A DNA stretch of 64,000 nt from an uncultured Acidobacteriota bacterium (GCA_963783255.1 CAWAMP010000011.1:96257-160256); one strand, 5' to 3'; numbered from the stretch's first letter, positions 12,323 to 21,408 are shown. Notes: generated from the sequence alone by a model not told the origin. Translations and numbers: made by a program.

Positions 12323-14134
12323 TCAGTCGCCGCTCTTCCGCCGGATCTTGATTCGCATCGCGTTCTCGATGGGCGTGTCGGACACGAGCGTCAGGTACCC
12401 GCCCCCGCCCGCGCCAGACAGCTTCCAGCCGAGCGCCACGTCGCGGTAACGGTCGATGGCCCTGCGGATGTGGTCGTTCATCATGCGTGGGAACATCGCC
12501 ACCTGGGCGTGGAACGAGCGCCGAATCGCCTCGCCGAACCCGCGGAGGTCGCACTCGAGGAGGGCCTGCCAGCAGTCGGACGCCGCCTCGGCCAGCGCGC
12601 GCGCCCGGGCGGCGTCGATGCGCGTCTCGTCGAGGACCGAGAAGTCGGTCGTGCGTGGGCCGATGGTCACCAGGTGCAGATGGTCCTCGAGCCAGCGAAG
12701 CACGAACTCGTCCTGAACCGATTCGATCTTCTGCGGCCAGTAGTCGCTCGCGTAGTCGAGCCTGTTCAGGCCGGGCAGGACGATGCCCAGGGCGTCCTGA
12801 GAGCCCGCCACGGTGACCGTACCTGGCGGATTCTCGAAGCCGAAGAGCACGCGCGCCAGCATCTCGGGCTCGCCGTGCGGAATCATCGCGCCCCAGAGCT
12901 GCACGGCGCGGCGGCGCGTGCTCGACGCCATTCCGGACCGGTCGTTGAACTCGACGAGGGGCTCGATGGACACCGTGAGGACCGGTCCCGGGTGGAACTT
13001 CGACACGAACGGCTGATCCAGCCAGCCGCCGGCCAGGTCGATGCGGTACGGTATCGTGCTCTCGCCGCGCAGCGCGGTCGTCGTTCGGGCTGGAAGACCG
13101 CGGTGGGGAATCCGCTTCAGCACGCGGTAGTCGATGCCAAGCGACCGGCAGAGCGCTTCCTTTGCCGGTGTGTGACCGTCCTCGTTCGTCACGAGCACGT
13201 CGGGCCTGAGCTTCTGGAGGTCGTCCTCGAAGTCGAGGATGCCGCGGCCCGAGTTGACGGTGCACGCCTTCACACACGCGAGCGCCTCGATCATGTAGCG
13301 CCGCTCGGCCTCGGAGTTGACCGTGTAGCGCCCCTTGATCTCGAAGACCGTCTGGTCCGACCCGATGCCCACGTGCAGATCGCCGTAGCCGGCCGCCTCC
13401 TCGAGGAACGCGATGTGGCCGCTGTGGAGCATGTCGAAGCAGCCCGAGACGAAGACTTTCTTCCGCTGCGACGGCGCGCCGTTCAGGTAAAACACCTCGA
13501 CGAGCGGCGTCGGGCTCGACGCGCCGCCCAGCGCGCGATCGACCGCCCGGGTGAAGGTCTCGGTTGCGAACGCCGGCGCCACCTCCAGGTAGACGTAGAC
13601 GTGGTGGCGGGCGGCGAAGGCCCGAAGCGTGCGGATCCCTGACGGGCTGTCGCCCACTGCGGCGGCGAATCGTGCGCGCGGGTCGTTCGTCAGATCGGGA
13701 GGCCGCGCGAACGCGAACGCCATCCGACGCGAGGTGGCCACGCTGGTGCCGTCATTCGACTCGGCTGCTTCGACCGCGTGCCACTCTGAAAGCGCGGCCC
13801 ACCGGTCGCCCTCGGCCCGCTCGGGCAGCGGCACCTGCATCGGGTCGGTGAGCGTCCACCACTGCTTCGTCGTTTCGTCGCCCGCGATCGCGGCCATGTC
13901 GGCGGCATGGTCGGCGCCGGTGTATTCCAGGTGGCTGAAGAGCGTCAGCGCCGGGCCTGCCGGGCCTGCGCCCGCATCGTCGCGCGCCAGGCCCAGGAAG
14001 ATGGAGTAGTTGCGGATGTGCGACCGCGCGAGCCGCTCCAGCACTCCCGGGAAGACGTGCTCGTGCAGGACCCTGTATCGCTCGACCCACTCGGGCCGGA
14101 GACCGATGATGCTGCCGAAACAGCGTGGTCGCAT
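12323..14134 (-). CDS. three-domain fusion: rhamnose-mutarotase-like + cytidylyltransferase-like nucleotidyltransferase + GHMP sugar kinase
   Basis: N-terminus FGSIIGLRPEWVERYRVLHEHVFPGVLERLARSHIRNYSIFL...TKQWWTLTDPMQVPL (RhaM/DUF718 pattern). Middle KKVFVSGCFDMLHSGHIAFLEEAAGYGDLHVGIGSD (CTP_transf_like HxGH). C-terminus IDLAGGWLDQPFVSKF...RSGMASSTRRRA...AGSQDALG (GHMP-kinase-like). Confidence 0.7.
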   Translation of the reverse strand: MRPRCFGSIIGLRPEWVERYRVLHEHVFPGVLERLARSHIRNYSIFLGLARDDAGAGPAGPALTLFSHLEYTGADHAADMAAIAGDETTKQWWTLTDPMQVPLPERAEGDRWAALSEWHAVEAAESNDGTSVATSRRMAFAFARPPDLTNDPRARFAAAVGDSPSGIRTLRAFAARHHVYVYLEVAPAFATETFTRAVDRALGGASSPTPLVEVFYLNGAPSQRKKVFVSGCFDMLHSGHIAFLEEAAGYGDLHVGIGSDQTVFEIKGRYTVNSEAERRYMIEALACVKACTVNSGRGILDFEDDLQKLRPDVLVTNEDGHTPAKEALCRSLGIDYRVLKRIPHRGLPARTTTALRGESTIPYRIDLAGGWLDQPFVSKFHPGPVLTVSIEPLVEFNDRSGMASSTRRRAVQLWGAMIPHGEPEMLARVLFGFENPPGTVTVAGSQDALGIVLPGLNRLDYASDYWPQKIESVQDEFVLRWLEDHLHLVTIGPRTTDFSVLDETRIDAARARALAEAASDCWQALLECDLRGFGEAIRRSFHAQVAMFPRMMNDHIRRAIDRYRDVALGWKLSGAGGGGYLTLVSDTPIENAMRIKIRRKSGD

Positions 14135-14138
14135 TGCG

Positions 14139-15788
14139 TCAGCTCCGACTTCTCTTCCCCCTGACCTCTTCCTTGATTCGCTGGATGTGGCCGCGGCCGA
14201 GTGCCTTCACCTCGCAGCCCAGCTCGAAGTAGCGGCGGATGCGGTCGTCGGTGAGGATGCCGAAGCAATCCACGACGGCCAGCGGCGCGCCCGCCCACTT
14301 GACGACCTCGTCGGGCTCGAGCTCCAGGTACGGCTTGTGGCGGACGGCCAACACCAGCGCTTCCGCGCCGACGAGCGCCTTCGCCAGGTCCTTTTGCACC
14401 CGGATGTCGGTGAGCGCAGCCTGGTTTCTGAAGAAGCGCGACCACGAGTGGCCCGGCGCCGGGTAGTCGGCCTGGTTTTCCAGCTCGTACCAGTGGTCCA
14501 CGTACGGATCGTGGACGTGCATCTCGGCGCCCATCTCGGTGAGCTTCCGGACCACCAGTTCGGACCCGCTGTAGCGCGTGTCGCCCACGTCCTCGCGGTA
14601 GCTCGCGCCGCACAGCAGGACGTTCGCGCCGGCGATGTAGCGGCCCATGTTGCGCAGCGCGTCGCGCACGAGTTCGGCGACGTGCAGGCCGCGCGTATCG
14701 TTGATGTCGATGGCCGTCGGCGTGATCTTGAACAGCTGCTCCTGGTCCTCGAAGCCGAGGATGTGCTTGTAAGCCCAGTAGCCGAGACCGCCGTCCTTCG
14801 GCAGGCAGTAGCCGCCGATGCCGGGCCCTGGAAAGATCATGTTGCTGTGCGTCGGCCGCACCTTGATCGCCTGGATCACCTTGACCAGGTCCACGCCGTT
14901 GCGCTCGGAGAACAGGCTCCACTCGTTGAGGAACGCGAGAATCGTCGCGCGGTAGGAGTTCTCGACGATCTTCGTCGTCTCGGACTCGATCGGCCGGTCC
15001 ATCACCGTCAGCGGGAAGTCGCGCGTGTTGAGGATCTCGCCGAGGAACTTCACCGTGCGCGCCTTGGCTTCCGGCGTGCACCCCGAGCAGACGCGCCAGA
15101 AGTCACGGATGCTGCGGACGTACTCCCGGCCCGGCATGACGCGCTCGAAGCTGTGCGCCAGGAGCGGCTCCGACCCGATGCCTCGCGCCGCGAACGCGCG
15201 CTTCATGATCGGCCACGCCACGAACTCCGTCGTCCCGGGCGCGACGGTGGTTTCGATGAGCACCAGGCACGGCGCCTGGATCTTCTCGCCGATGGTCCTC
15301 ATCGTCGCTTCGAGCGCGCTCATCTCGGCGCTGCCGGTCTTCATCTTGCCGAGGTCGTGCTTCGAGTAGTCGCACTGGACGTCGACGACGACGCAGTCGG
15401 CGAGCGAGAGGCAGTCGCTGTTGTGCGTGGCGACGAGCGTCTTCTTCTCGACGACCGTGCGGTGAATCATGGGGTCGACCTCGGGGTCCTCGGCCTTCAC
15501 CGGCGACTCGCCGCGGGCGAGCAGGGGGATCTTCCAGTAGCTGCGGGCGCTCGGACGCTGGCAGCCGATGACGAACTTGCCCGGCTTCCCGTCCGGGCCG
15601 ACCGAGTCGGCGACGATGGCGGCCATGACGGCGCCGACGAAGCCGACGCCCATGACGACCACGACTTCCTTGCCTTCGGCTCGCGCCGTGTCGGCGAGCG
15701 CCTTCACGCGCGCGAACTCGCGCGCGTCGTCTTCGGGTCCGGGCAGTTGAAACTTCTCGCCGGCGGGGCTGACGGAGTAGTTGGCCAT
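14139..15788 (-). CDS. nucleotide-sugar dehydrogenase (UDP-glucose/GDP-mannose dehydrogenase family)
   Basis: Start chosen at ATG 15786-15788 (MANYSV...) with GAGGAG 8 nt upstream. Rossmann motif VVVVMGVGFVGAVMAA and catalytic GPGIGGYCLPKD. The longer ORF to 15926 only adds translated REP DNA. Confidence 0.8.
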   Translation of the reverse strand: MANYSVSPAGEKFQLPGPEDDAREFARVKALADTARAEGKEVVVVMGVGFVGAVMAAIVADSVGPDGKPGKFVIGCQRPSARSYWKIPLLARGESPVKAEDPEVDPMIHRTVVEKKTLVATHNSDCLSLADCVVVDVQCDYSKHDLGKMKTGSAEMSALEATMRTIGEKIQAPCLVLIETTVAPGTTEFVAWPIMKRAFAARGIGSEPLLAHSFERVMPGREYVRSIRDFWRVCSGCTPEAKARTVKFLGEILNTRDFPLTVMDRPIESETTKIVENSYRATILAFLNEWSLFSERNGVDLVKVIQAIKVRPTHSNMIFPGPGIGGYCLPKDGGLGYWAYKHILGFEDQEQLFKITPTAIDINDTRGLHVAELVRDALRNMGRYIAGANVLLCGASYREDVGDTRYSGSELVVRKLTEMGAEMHVHDPYVDHWYELENQADYPAPGHSWSRFFRNQAALTDIRVQKDLAKALVGAEALVLAVRHKPYLELEPDEVVKWAGAPLAVVDCFGILTDDRIRRYFELGCEVKALGRGHIQRIKEEVRGKRSRS

Positions 15789-15823
15789 TCGTGTCGCTCC
15801 TCGAGGGGGAATCGGTCCGACCG

Positions 15824-15882
15824 CTGTGGCGCGGGGCTTCCCTGGCCTGAGCGGAGTCGAAGGCAGCCCCGCCGGCCACAGG
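15824..15882. repeat. composite REP-like hairpin
   Basis: ctgtggcgcggggct ... agccccgccggccacag arms around a loop containing cctgagcggagtcgaagg. A related word, ctgagcgcggtcgaagg, occurs at about 58042-58065. Confidence 0.7.
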
Positions 15883-15944
15883 CGGTGAAGCGTTGATTGT
15901 AGTCGAGAGCGAGACGGGTCAGACAACGGGTGCCCGGACGCCGT

Positions 15945-16274
15945 TTATCTTGCGGCCGTTCTCCGTTGCCGTTTCGGTCTGCGAGGCTCCGCGGCTTTCG
16001 ACGTGTCTTCGGCGTCGAGCGGCGGTCGATCCAGGATGCCGAAGAGTCTGGCGGCGTACCGGCGGGATTCCTTCGTGGCATCGTCAATCGTCCGCAGCAG
16101 GTTCATCGTGGTGTTGTTGAAGTCGATGTCCTGGCGGTCGAGATGCTTGTCGATGCCGTCGAGCCGCTGGTCCATGCCGTCGAGTCGCTTGTCAATGCCA
16201 CCGAGCCGCCGGTCCACGCCGTCGAACCGCTGGTCGAGGTAGGCCTTCAGTTCCTGGCTCTCCTGAGGGGTCAT
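15945..16274 (-). CDS. small coiled-coil protein with five tandem 7-aa repeats
   Basis: DQRFDGV DRRLGGI DKRLDGM DQRLDGI DKHLDRQ, i.e. 21-nt tandem repeats in the DNA. 109 aa with a basic tail. Confidence 0.5.
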   Translation of the reverse strand: MTPQESQELKAYLDQRFDGVDRRLGGIDKRLDGMDQRLDGIDKHLDRQDIDFNNTTMNLLRTIDDATKESRRYAARLFGILDRPPLDAEDTSKAAEPRRPKRQRRTAAR

Positions 16275-16557
16275 CCCGCGTTACCTCCAGCAGTCTCTGC
16301 TGCACACGTCACGCCAGACGTCGATTTCGGTCTATTTTGGCCGAATTCTCGCAAGCCAGCCTTCCGCGGCCGGCGCTATCGTCGCAATTACCGCGCAGGC
16401 TTCGTTGCGCCCGATGTGGAGTTTCTGCGCGCTCCAAGCTTCGGCCACCTGGCGGGCGTGCCTGCTCCGCAGGACGACGACGATAGCGTCGTCGGAGGTG
16501 GGACGCAAGAGAGAATCTTCCGTATGGGGACGGTGCTTCCGGCCGGGTGGGCGCGGG

Positions 16558-17712
16558 TCAGCCGGACGGCGCGGATGAGGTTGTGAGCGAGGTCGAGATC
16601 CCCGCCCAGCCAGAGTCGTGCCACTCGGCAAGCGCCTGCTCGACGCGCTCGGCTGCTCTCCCGTCCCACATGGGAATGTCCTGGCCGCCCGGCCACCGCC
16701 CCGACACCGCGTCGTCGAACGCCCGCCGGATCAGGCCGGCGTCGTTGCCAACCAGGCGGCTCGTGCCGAGTTCGAGGGTGATGGGCCGCTCCGTCGTCGT
16801 GCGAAGGGTCACGCAAGGGACGCGCAACACGCTTGTTTCCTCCTGCATGCCGCCGGAGTCGGTGAGGACGACGCGGGCCGCGCTCATCAGTGACAGGTTC
16901 TCGCAGTAGGGAAGAGGGTCGACAATGCGCAGGCGGGCGTCGGTGTTCGACGTCCACCGAATGCCCGCCCGGTCGGCTGCCGCTCTGGTGCGAGGATGCA
17001 TTGGGAAGACGAGGGGCAACCGCTCGGCCAATTCCCTGAACAACGCCAGCAGTGTTCCGAGCGTCTGCGGGTCGTCGACGTTCGATGGCCGATGGAGGGT
17101 AATCAGGCCGAACTCCCGGTGCCTGAGCGACATCGCGGCAGCGGTGTCCAGTTCGCCGGCCTTCTGCAACTCGGCGAACAGAGTGTCCACCATCACGTTT
17201 CCGACCAGCCGCACCTTGCGCGGCGCAACACCTTCGCGTTCGAGATTCCGGACGCCGCTCGGCTCGGACACCAGCAGCAAGCCGGCGACAGCGTCAGTGA
17301 GAATCCGGTTGATTTCCTCCGGCATCGTCCGGTCGAAGCTGCGCAGGCCCGCCTCCACGTGGCACACCGGAATGCCCAGCTTCACGGCAGCAAGGGCGCA
17401 CGCGATCGTGGAATTCACATCCCCGAACACGACGACCGCATCCGGACGCGTCTCGAGCAGGTGCGCCTCGTATCGCTCGAGGATGCGGGCGGTCTGGCTG
17501 GCGTGCGACCCGGAACCGACCTCCAGATGCGCGCTGGGCTTGGGGATCCCAAGGTCCTGGAAGAAGACCTCGTTCATGGCCGGGTCGTAGTGCTGACCCG
17601 TATGGATGATTCGAGGCTCGAGGCGGCCGGCAGCACGGATGGCGCGTTCGACCGGCGCCAGTTTCATGAAGTTCGGGCGGGCGCCGGCGACGAGGTCGAT
17701 GAGTGGTGGCAT
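16558..17712 (-). CDS. wecB: UDP-N-acetylglucosamine 2-epimerase (non-hydrolysing)
   Basis: Start at ATG 17710-17712. MPPLIDLVAGARPNFMKLAPV...IIHTGQHYD...VVVFGDVNSTIACALAAVKLGIPVCHVEAGLRSFDRTMPEEINR...DSGGMQEE, a full-length WecB pattern. Confidence 0.9.
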   Translation of the reverse strand: MPPLIDLVAGARPNFMKLAPVERAIRAAGRLEPRIIHTGQHYDPAMNEVFFQDLGIPKPSAHLEVGSGSHASQTARILERYEAHLLETRPDAVVVFGDVNSTIACALAAVKLGIPVCHVEAGLRSFDRTMPEEINRILTDAVAGLLLVSEPSGVRNLEREGVAPRKVRLVGNVMVDTLFAELQKAGELDTAAAMSLRHREFGLITLHRPSNVDDPQTLGTLLALFRELAERLPLVFPMHPRTRAAADRAGIRWTSNTDARLRIVDPLPYCENLSLMSAARVVLTDSGGMQEETSVLRVPCVTLRTTTERPITLELGTSRLVGNDAGLIRRAFDDAVSGRWPGGQDIPMWDGRAAERVEQALAEWHDSGWAGISTSLTTSSAPSG

Positions 17713-17894
17713 ATGGGGTCCGCTGTCGGCGCAGGCCTCGCCGCGATCATACAGCCAGTTCGAGCCGCCCGCTGCATGTCTGCTCAGGGTCGCGCGCTTG
17801 CGTTGATCTGAATGAAGTTGGAGACAAAAGGCTCCGTCGGGGAAGTCTTTTAAGACAAGAAGCTCAGAATATCGCCTGTTTTTGGGCAAAGCCC

Positions 17895-17909
17895 TGGTAT
17901 CACGCTTGC
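17895..17909 (+). promoter_or_regulatory. sigma-54-like -24/-12 promoter upstream of the HAF-repeat gene
   Basis: CTGGTATcacgcTTGCTc. The GG and GC dinucleotides have canonical spacing. It lies 76 nt before ATG 17985. Confidence 0.4.
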
Positions 17910-17984
17910 TCTGGGGGAGTCCGAGGGCCTCCCGGCCGGGCCCGAGCGGATGGTCCGGATTTCGGGACTCTAATCGGAGGAGCT

Positions 17985-19157
17985 ATGAGGAAGCGGCTGT
18001 TGATTCTCGTCGGGGCTGGGCTGCTGGTGCTGAGCGGCACGCGGGCGTCGTGGGCGCAGAAGGACGGCGTCTGGGACCTCGGCACGTACCCCGGCGGGAC
18101 CTGGGCCGACGCAAGGGGCATCAACAACGCCGGCGTCGTCGTTGGCTACGGGGACATCGCGAGCGGCTTCGACCGCGGAGTCGGAACCTCTCTGCGCGGC
18201 GGAGCGGGAGACTGGTTCGATGTCGGCACGCTGGGCGGAGACGATGGGTTCCCGGGGACGATATGCATGGGAGTGGCCGACACGGGGATGATCGTGGGCC
18301 TCTCGTTCCTGCCTGGGAACACGGCCGTCCACGCATTCGCGTGGACCACCAGGTCGGGCATGGCAGACCTCGGCACATTGAAGCCCACGGACACCGACAG
18401 CTACGCGTACAGCGCGAACAAGGCAGGGACCCTGATCGTCGGGTGGAGCGGCAGCGGGTGGTGGCCCGAGAACAGCCGGCCTGTCGTGTGGACCTCGTCC
18501 ACGGCGGCGTCGGAGCGGGAGCACGATGGCGATGGCGGGGTTGGCGCAGTCCGGACATGGACGATCAGCGAACTCGACACCACCGGCTTCCGGGGCCTGA
18601 CCAACTGGTCCGCGACCGCGGTCAACAACCGAGGGCAGATTGTCGGCTTCGGCCTGAGGAACGGTGTCTACGTCCCCGTGATCTGGAACCCCGGCCCGGA
18701 CGGCAAGGGGTGGAAGATCGCTGCGCTGCCTCTCTCGAATGCGTATCTCCAGGCGTGGCCGAACGACATCAACGAAGAGGGCCAGATCGTCGGGGGCGTC
18801 GCGTCCGTGACGTGGGACACGTTCCGCGCGGCGTTGTGGCAGCCCACGCCGGGCCGGACGAAGACCTGGTCCCTCGGCCTGCTGCCGTCCCTGAGCGCGG
18901 CGCACGTGTTCTGCGAGGCCATGGGCATCAACGGCCGCGGCGACATTGTCGGCTACGCCTGGGATGCCAACTACGTGGGCCCTGCGGCTCGCTGGTCCAG
19001 CAAGGATGCGCGGTTCGTCCAGTCGCTCGAGGAACTTGGGTTTCCCGCTGCGGACTGGAGCTGGGCGGTGAAGGTGAACGACGCGGGCGTCGCCGCGGGC
19101 GGATACGGCGCTGCGGATGACGGGTGGATGCGAATGGCCGCGATCCGCCTCCGCTAG
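17985..19157 (+). CDS. secreted HAF-family extracellular repeat protein
   Basis: GGAGGAG RBS and signal peptide MRKRLLILVGAGLLVLSGTRASWAQ. Repeated ...INNAGVVVGY..., HAFAWT...GMADLGTL, ...NNRGQIVGF..., ...INGRGDIVGYA units. No PEP-CTERM tail seen. Confidence 0.7.
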   Translation: MRKRLLILVGAGLLVLSGTRASWAQKDGVWDLGTYPGGTWADARGINNAGVVVGYGDIASGFDRGVGTSLRGGAGDWFDVGTLGGDDGFPGTICMGVADTGMIVGLSFLPGNTAVHAFAWTTRSGMADLGTLKPTDTDSYAYSANKAGTLIVGWSGSGWWPENSRPVVWTSSTAASEREHDGDGGVGAVRTWTISELDTTGFRGLTNWSATAVNNRGQIVGFGLRNGVYVPVIWNPGPDGKGWKIAALPLSNAYLQAWPNDINEEGQIVGGVASVTWDTFRAALWQPTPGRTKTWSLGLLPSLSAAHVFCEAMGINGRGDIVGYAWDANYVGPAARWSSKDARFVQSLEELGFPAADWSWAVKVNDAGVAAGGYGAADDGWMRMAAIRLR

Positions 19158-19198
19158 GCTGACGACGAGCGCTGGGGCGACGATCCGTTCGTGACGCG

Positions 19199-19225
19199 AA
19201 AGGGCCACCACCGCGGTGGCCCTTC
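19199..19225 (+). terminator. hairpin after the HAF-repeat gene
   Basis: aagggccacc accgc ggtggccctt, a 10-bp stem, located 42 nt after the stop. No U-tract. Confidence 0.35.
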
Positions 19226-19260
19226 GCGCGTACGGGCCGCCCCAGGTGCTAGAATCCCGC

Positions 19261-21108
19261 ATGCCAATCCGCGACCTTGCACGCCAGGCGAGGGTGCGCG
19301 GGCGCCTTCTGGCGCGCGCGTTCCTGCTGGTCTGGGAGAGCGCGCCCGGCTGGACCGGCGCGAGCATGGCGCTGGTCGCCGCGCAGGGACTGCTGCCGCT
19401 GGCGTCGCTTTATCTGCTGAAGCTGCTGGTGGACGCGCTGACGGCAGCGTTCGGCGCATCGCCGGCCGCATCGGCAGGAGCCGTGTCCGGCGCCGCGACG
19501 CCGGTGCTGATCGTCCTGTCGTTCGCCGCGGGCGTGGCGGTCCTCGAAGTCCTGTCTCGCACGCTCGCCTCCTACGTCGCTGAGGCCCAGACCCAGACCG
19601 TCATCGACCATCTTGCCGACATCGTCCACGCCCGGTCCGCCGCGCTCGACCTGAGCTACTTCGAGGACCCGCACTACTACGACATGCTGCACCGCGCGCA
19701 GGAAGAGGCGGGCTGGCGGCCGACCTACCTGGTCGGCAGCATGCTGCAGGCGGCGCAGGCGGCGCTCTCGCTTGTCGGCCTCGCCGGCCTGCTGCTCTCG
19801 TTCAACTGGGCGGTCGCCCTGGTCCTGTTCCTGGCGTCGATCCCGAGCGCCCTGGTGCGGCTCCGCTTCGCAGGCCGCCTCTACGCCTGGCATCGGACCC
19901 GTACCGCGGACGAGCGCCTGTCGTGGTACCACCACTCGCTGCTCACAGACGGCCAGTACGCCAAGGAAGTGCGGATGCTCGACCTCGCGCCAATGCTGGC
20001 GCGCCGCTTCCGCGAGCTGCGCGCGCGGCTTCGCGGCGAGCGGCTCGGCATCGCGCGCGGGCGCGTGACGGCCGACTCGATCGCCCAGGGCGGCGCGACG
20101 CTCGCCACGTTCGCCACCTACGGCGTCCTCGCCGTCGGCACCGTGCGCGGGGCTATCACGGTCGGCGGCTTCGTCATGTACTACCAGGCGTTCCAACGGG
20201 GACAAGGCTGGCTGCGCGACGTCCTCAATAACGTCGCGGACCTTTACGAGGACAGCCTGTTCCTCGGCGACCTGTTCGACTTCCTCGATTTGCAGCCGAA
20301 GACGGCAGGCGGCGCATCGCTTGCGCCGCGCCAGGCGCCGGCCGCAGGCGCGCCGCGCGAAGGCATCGTCTTCGACCACGTCAGCTACACGTATCCCGGG
20401 AGCACGCGCAAGGCGCTGGACGACGTGAGCTTCGTCATCCCGCCGGGACAGCACGCGGCCCTTGTCGGCGAGAACGGCTCCGGCAAGACGACCATCGTCA
20501 AGCTCCTGTGCCGGCTCTACGACCCGACCGAGGGGCGGATCACGATCGACGGAGTGGATCTTCGGGAGTGCGACCCGTCAGCGCTGCGACGGCGCGTCAC
20601 CGTGATGTTCCAGGACTACGCACGATACCAGCTCACCGCGCGCGAGAACATCGGGTTCGGGGACGTGGAGGCGATGGCCGACGACGGGCGCGTGGCGGCG
20701 GCGGCGGGGCGGGCGGGTGCCGACTCGGCAATCGAGGCGCTTCCGAGGCGCTACGACACGACCCTCGGCAGGTGGTTCGAAGGGGGGGTGGAGCTGAGCA
20801 CCGGCGACTGGCAGCGCGTGGCCCTCGCGCGAGCGTTCCTGCGCGACGCGGAGATCGTCGTCCTGGACGAGCCGACGAGCGCGCTCGACGCGAAAGTGGA
20901 GCACGAGGTGTTCGCCCGGCTCCGCGAGCTGGCGAGCGATCGGACCGCCGTGTTCATCAGCCACCGCATGTCAACGGCGCGTCTGGCGGACTGCATCTAC
21001 GTGCTGGCCCACGGGAAGATCGTGGAGCAGGGGAGCCACGAGGAACTCGACGCGCGCGGCGGGACCTACGCCACGCTGTTCAGATTGCAGGCTGAGAGTT
21101 ATCGGTAG
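19261..21108 (+). CDS. ABC exporter (fused permease + ATPase), candidate lasso-peptide exporter (D)
   Basis: Start taken at ATG 19261 (MPIRDL...). Six-TM N-terminal half. Walker A GENGSGKTT, signature LSTGDWQRVALARA, Walker B VVLDEPTSALD. Confidence 0.85.
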   Translation: MPIRDLARQARVRGRLLARAFLLVWESAPGWTGASMALVAAQGLLPLASLYLLKLLVDALTAAFGASPAASAGAVSGAATPVLIVLSFAAGVAVLEVLSRTLASYVAEAQTQTVIDHLADIVHARSAALDLSYFEDPHYYDMLHRAQEEAGWRPTYLVGSMLQAAQAALSLVGLAGLLLSFNWAVALVLFLASIPSALVRLRFAGRLYAWHRTRTADERLSWYHHSLLTDGQYAKEVRMLDLAPMLARRFRELRARLRGERLGIARGRVTADSIAQGGATLATFATYGVLAVGTVRGAITVGGFVMYYQAFQRGQGWLRDVLNNVADLYEDSLFLGDLFDFLDLQPKTAGGASLAPRQAPAAGAPREGIVFDHVSYTYPGSTRKALDDVSFVIPPGQHAALVGENGSGKTTIVKLLCRLYDPTEGRITIDGVDLRECDPSALRRRVTVMFQDYARYQLTARENIGFGDVEAMADDGRVAAAAGRAGADSAIEALPRRYDTTLGRWFEGGVELSTGDWQRVALARAFLRDAEIVVLDEPTSALDAKVEHEVFARLRELASDRTAVFISHRMSTARLADCIYVLAHGKIVEQGSHEELDARGGTYATLFRLQAESYR

Positions 21109-21145
21109 GGCGAGGCCTTAGTCTTGCCTGGCACTTATTTCGACT

Positions 21146-21298
21146 TCTTTCCCCTCCGGGCTGCGGCGATCGGGTTGTCCGGCTTCCCGCTGCGATAGCC
21201 CTGGGTCAGGTCGGTGACGCTTCCGTAGACGACGAGCTTCGGGGCGCGATACACCTTCCGGGGCGTTGGCCGGCCGCTGGATTCCATCCTGCCCTCCC
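21146..21298 (-). CDS. lasso-peptide precursor A1 (50 aa)
   Basis: Hand translation gives MESSGRPTPRKVYRAPKLVVYGSVTDLTQ / GYRSGKPDNPIAAARRGKKSK. GGAGGGGAGGG precedes the ATG. The leader motif YxAPxLVxYGSVTxLTQG is shared with the second precursor. Thr is at -2, the core starts with Gly and Asp is at core position 8. Confidence 0.75.
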
Positions 21299-21408
21299 CT
21301 CCGGCTCGTCGCGTCCATGAAGAGGCCGGTCGATTTCACCGGCCCGTGCTCGGGCGTCCTGATCCCGGTATCGGCCAGACGGCAGATCTCCAATAGCGCA
21401 AACCACAT

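Noticed and set aside
14010-15896. 628-aa plus-strand ORF
   Set aside because: It is antisense to the nucleotide-sugar dehydrogenase, which has clear family motifs on the minus strand.
16332-16520. Short ORF downstream of wecB (…DDAIVVVLRSRHARQVAEAWSAQKLHIGRNEACAVIATIAPAAEGWLARIRPK)
   Set aside because: It looks protein-like, but it has only a TTG start candidate, is about 58 aa, and I cannot assign a family.
19250-19255. TAGAAT hexamer 5 nt before the ABC exporter ATG (leaderless transcript?)
   Set aside because: This is a single weak hexamer with no -35 element. An alternative upstream start (19216) also exists, so it is too speculative.
21118-21408. 96-aa minus-strand ORF covering the A1 region
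   Set aside because: It is in a different frame from the 50-aa precursor, has no recognisable features, and lacks the leader motif shared with A2.
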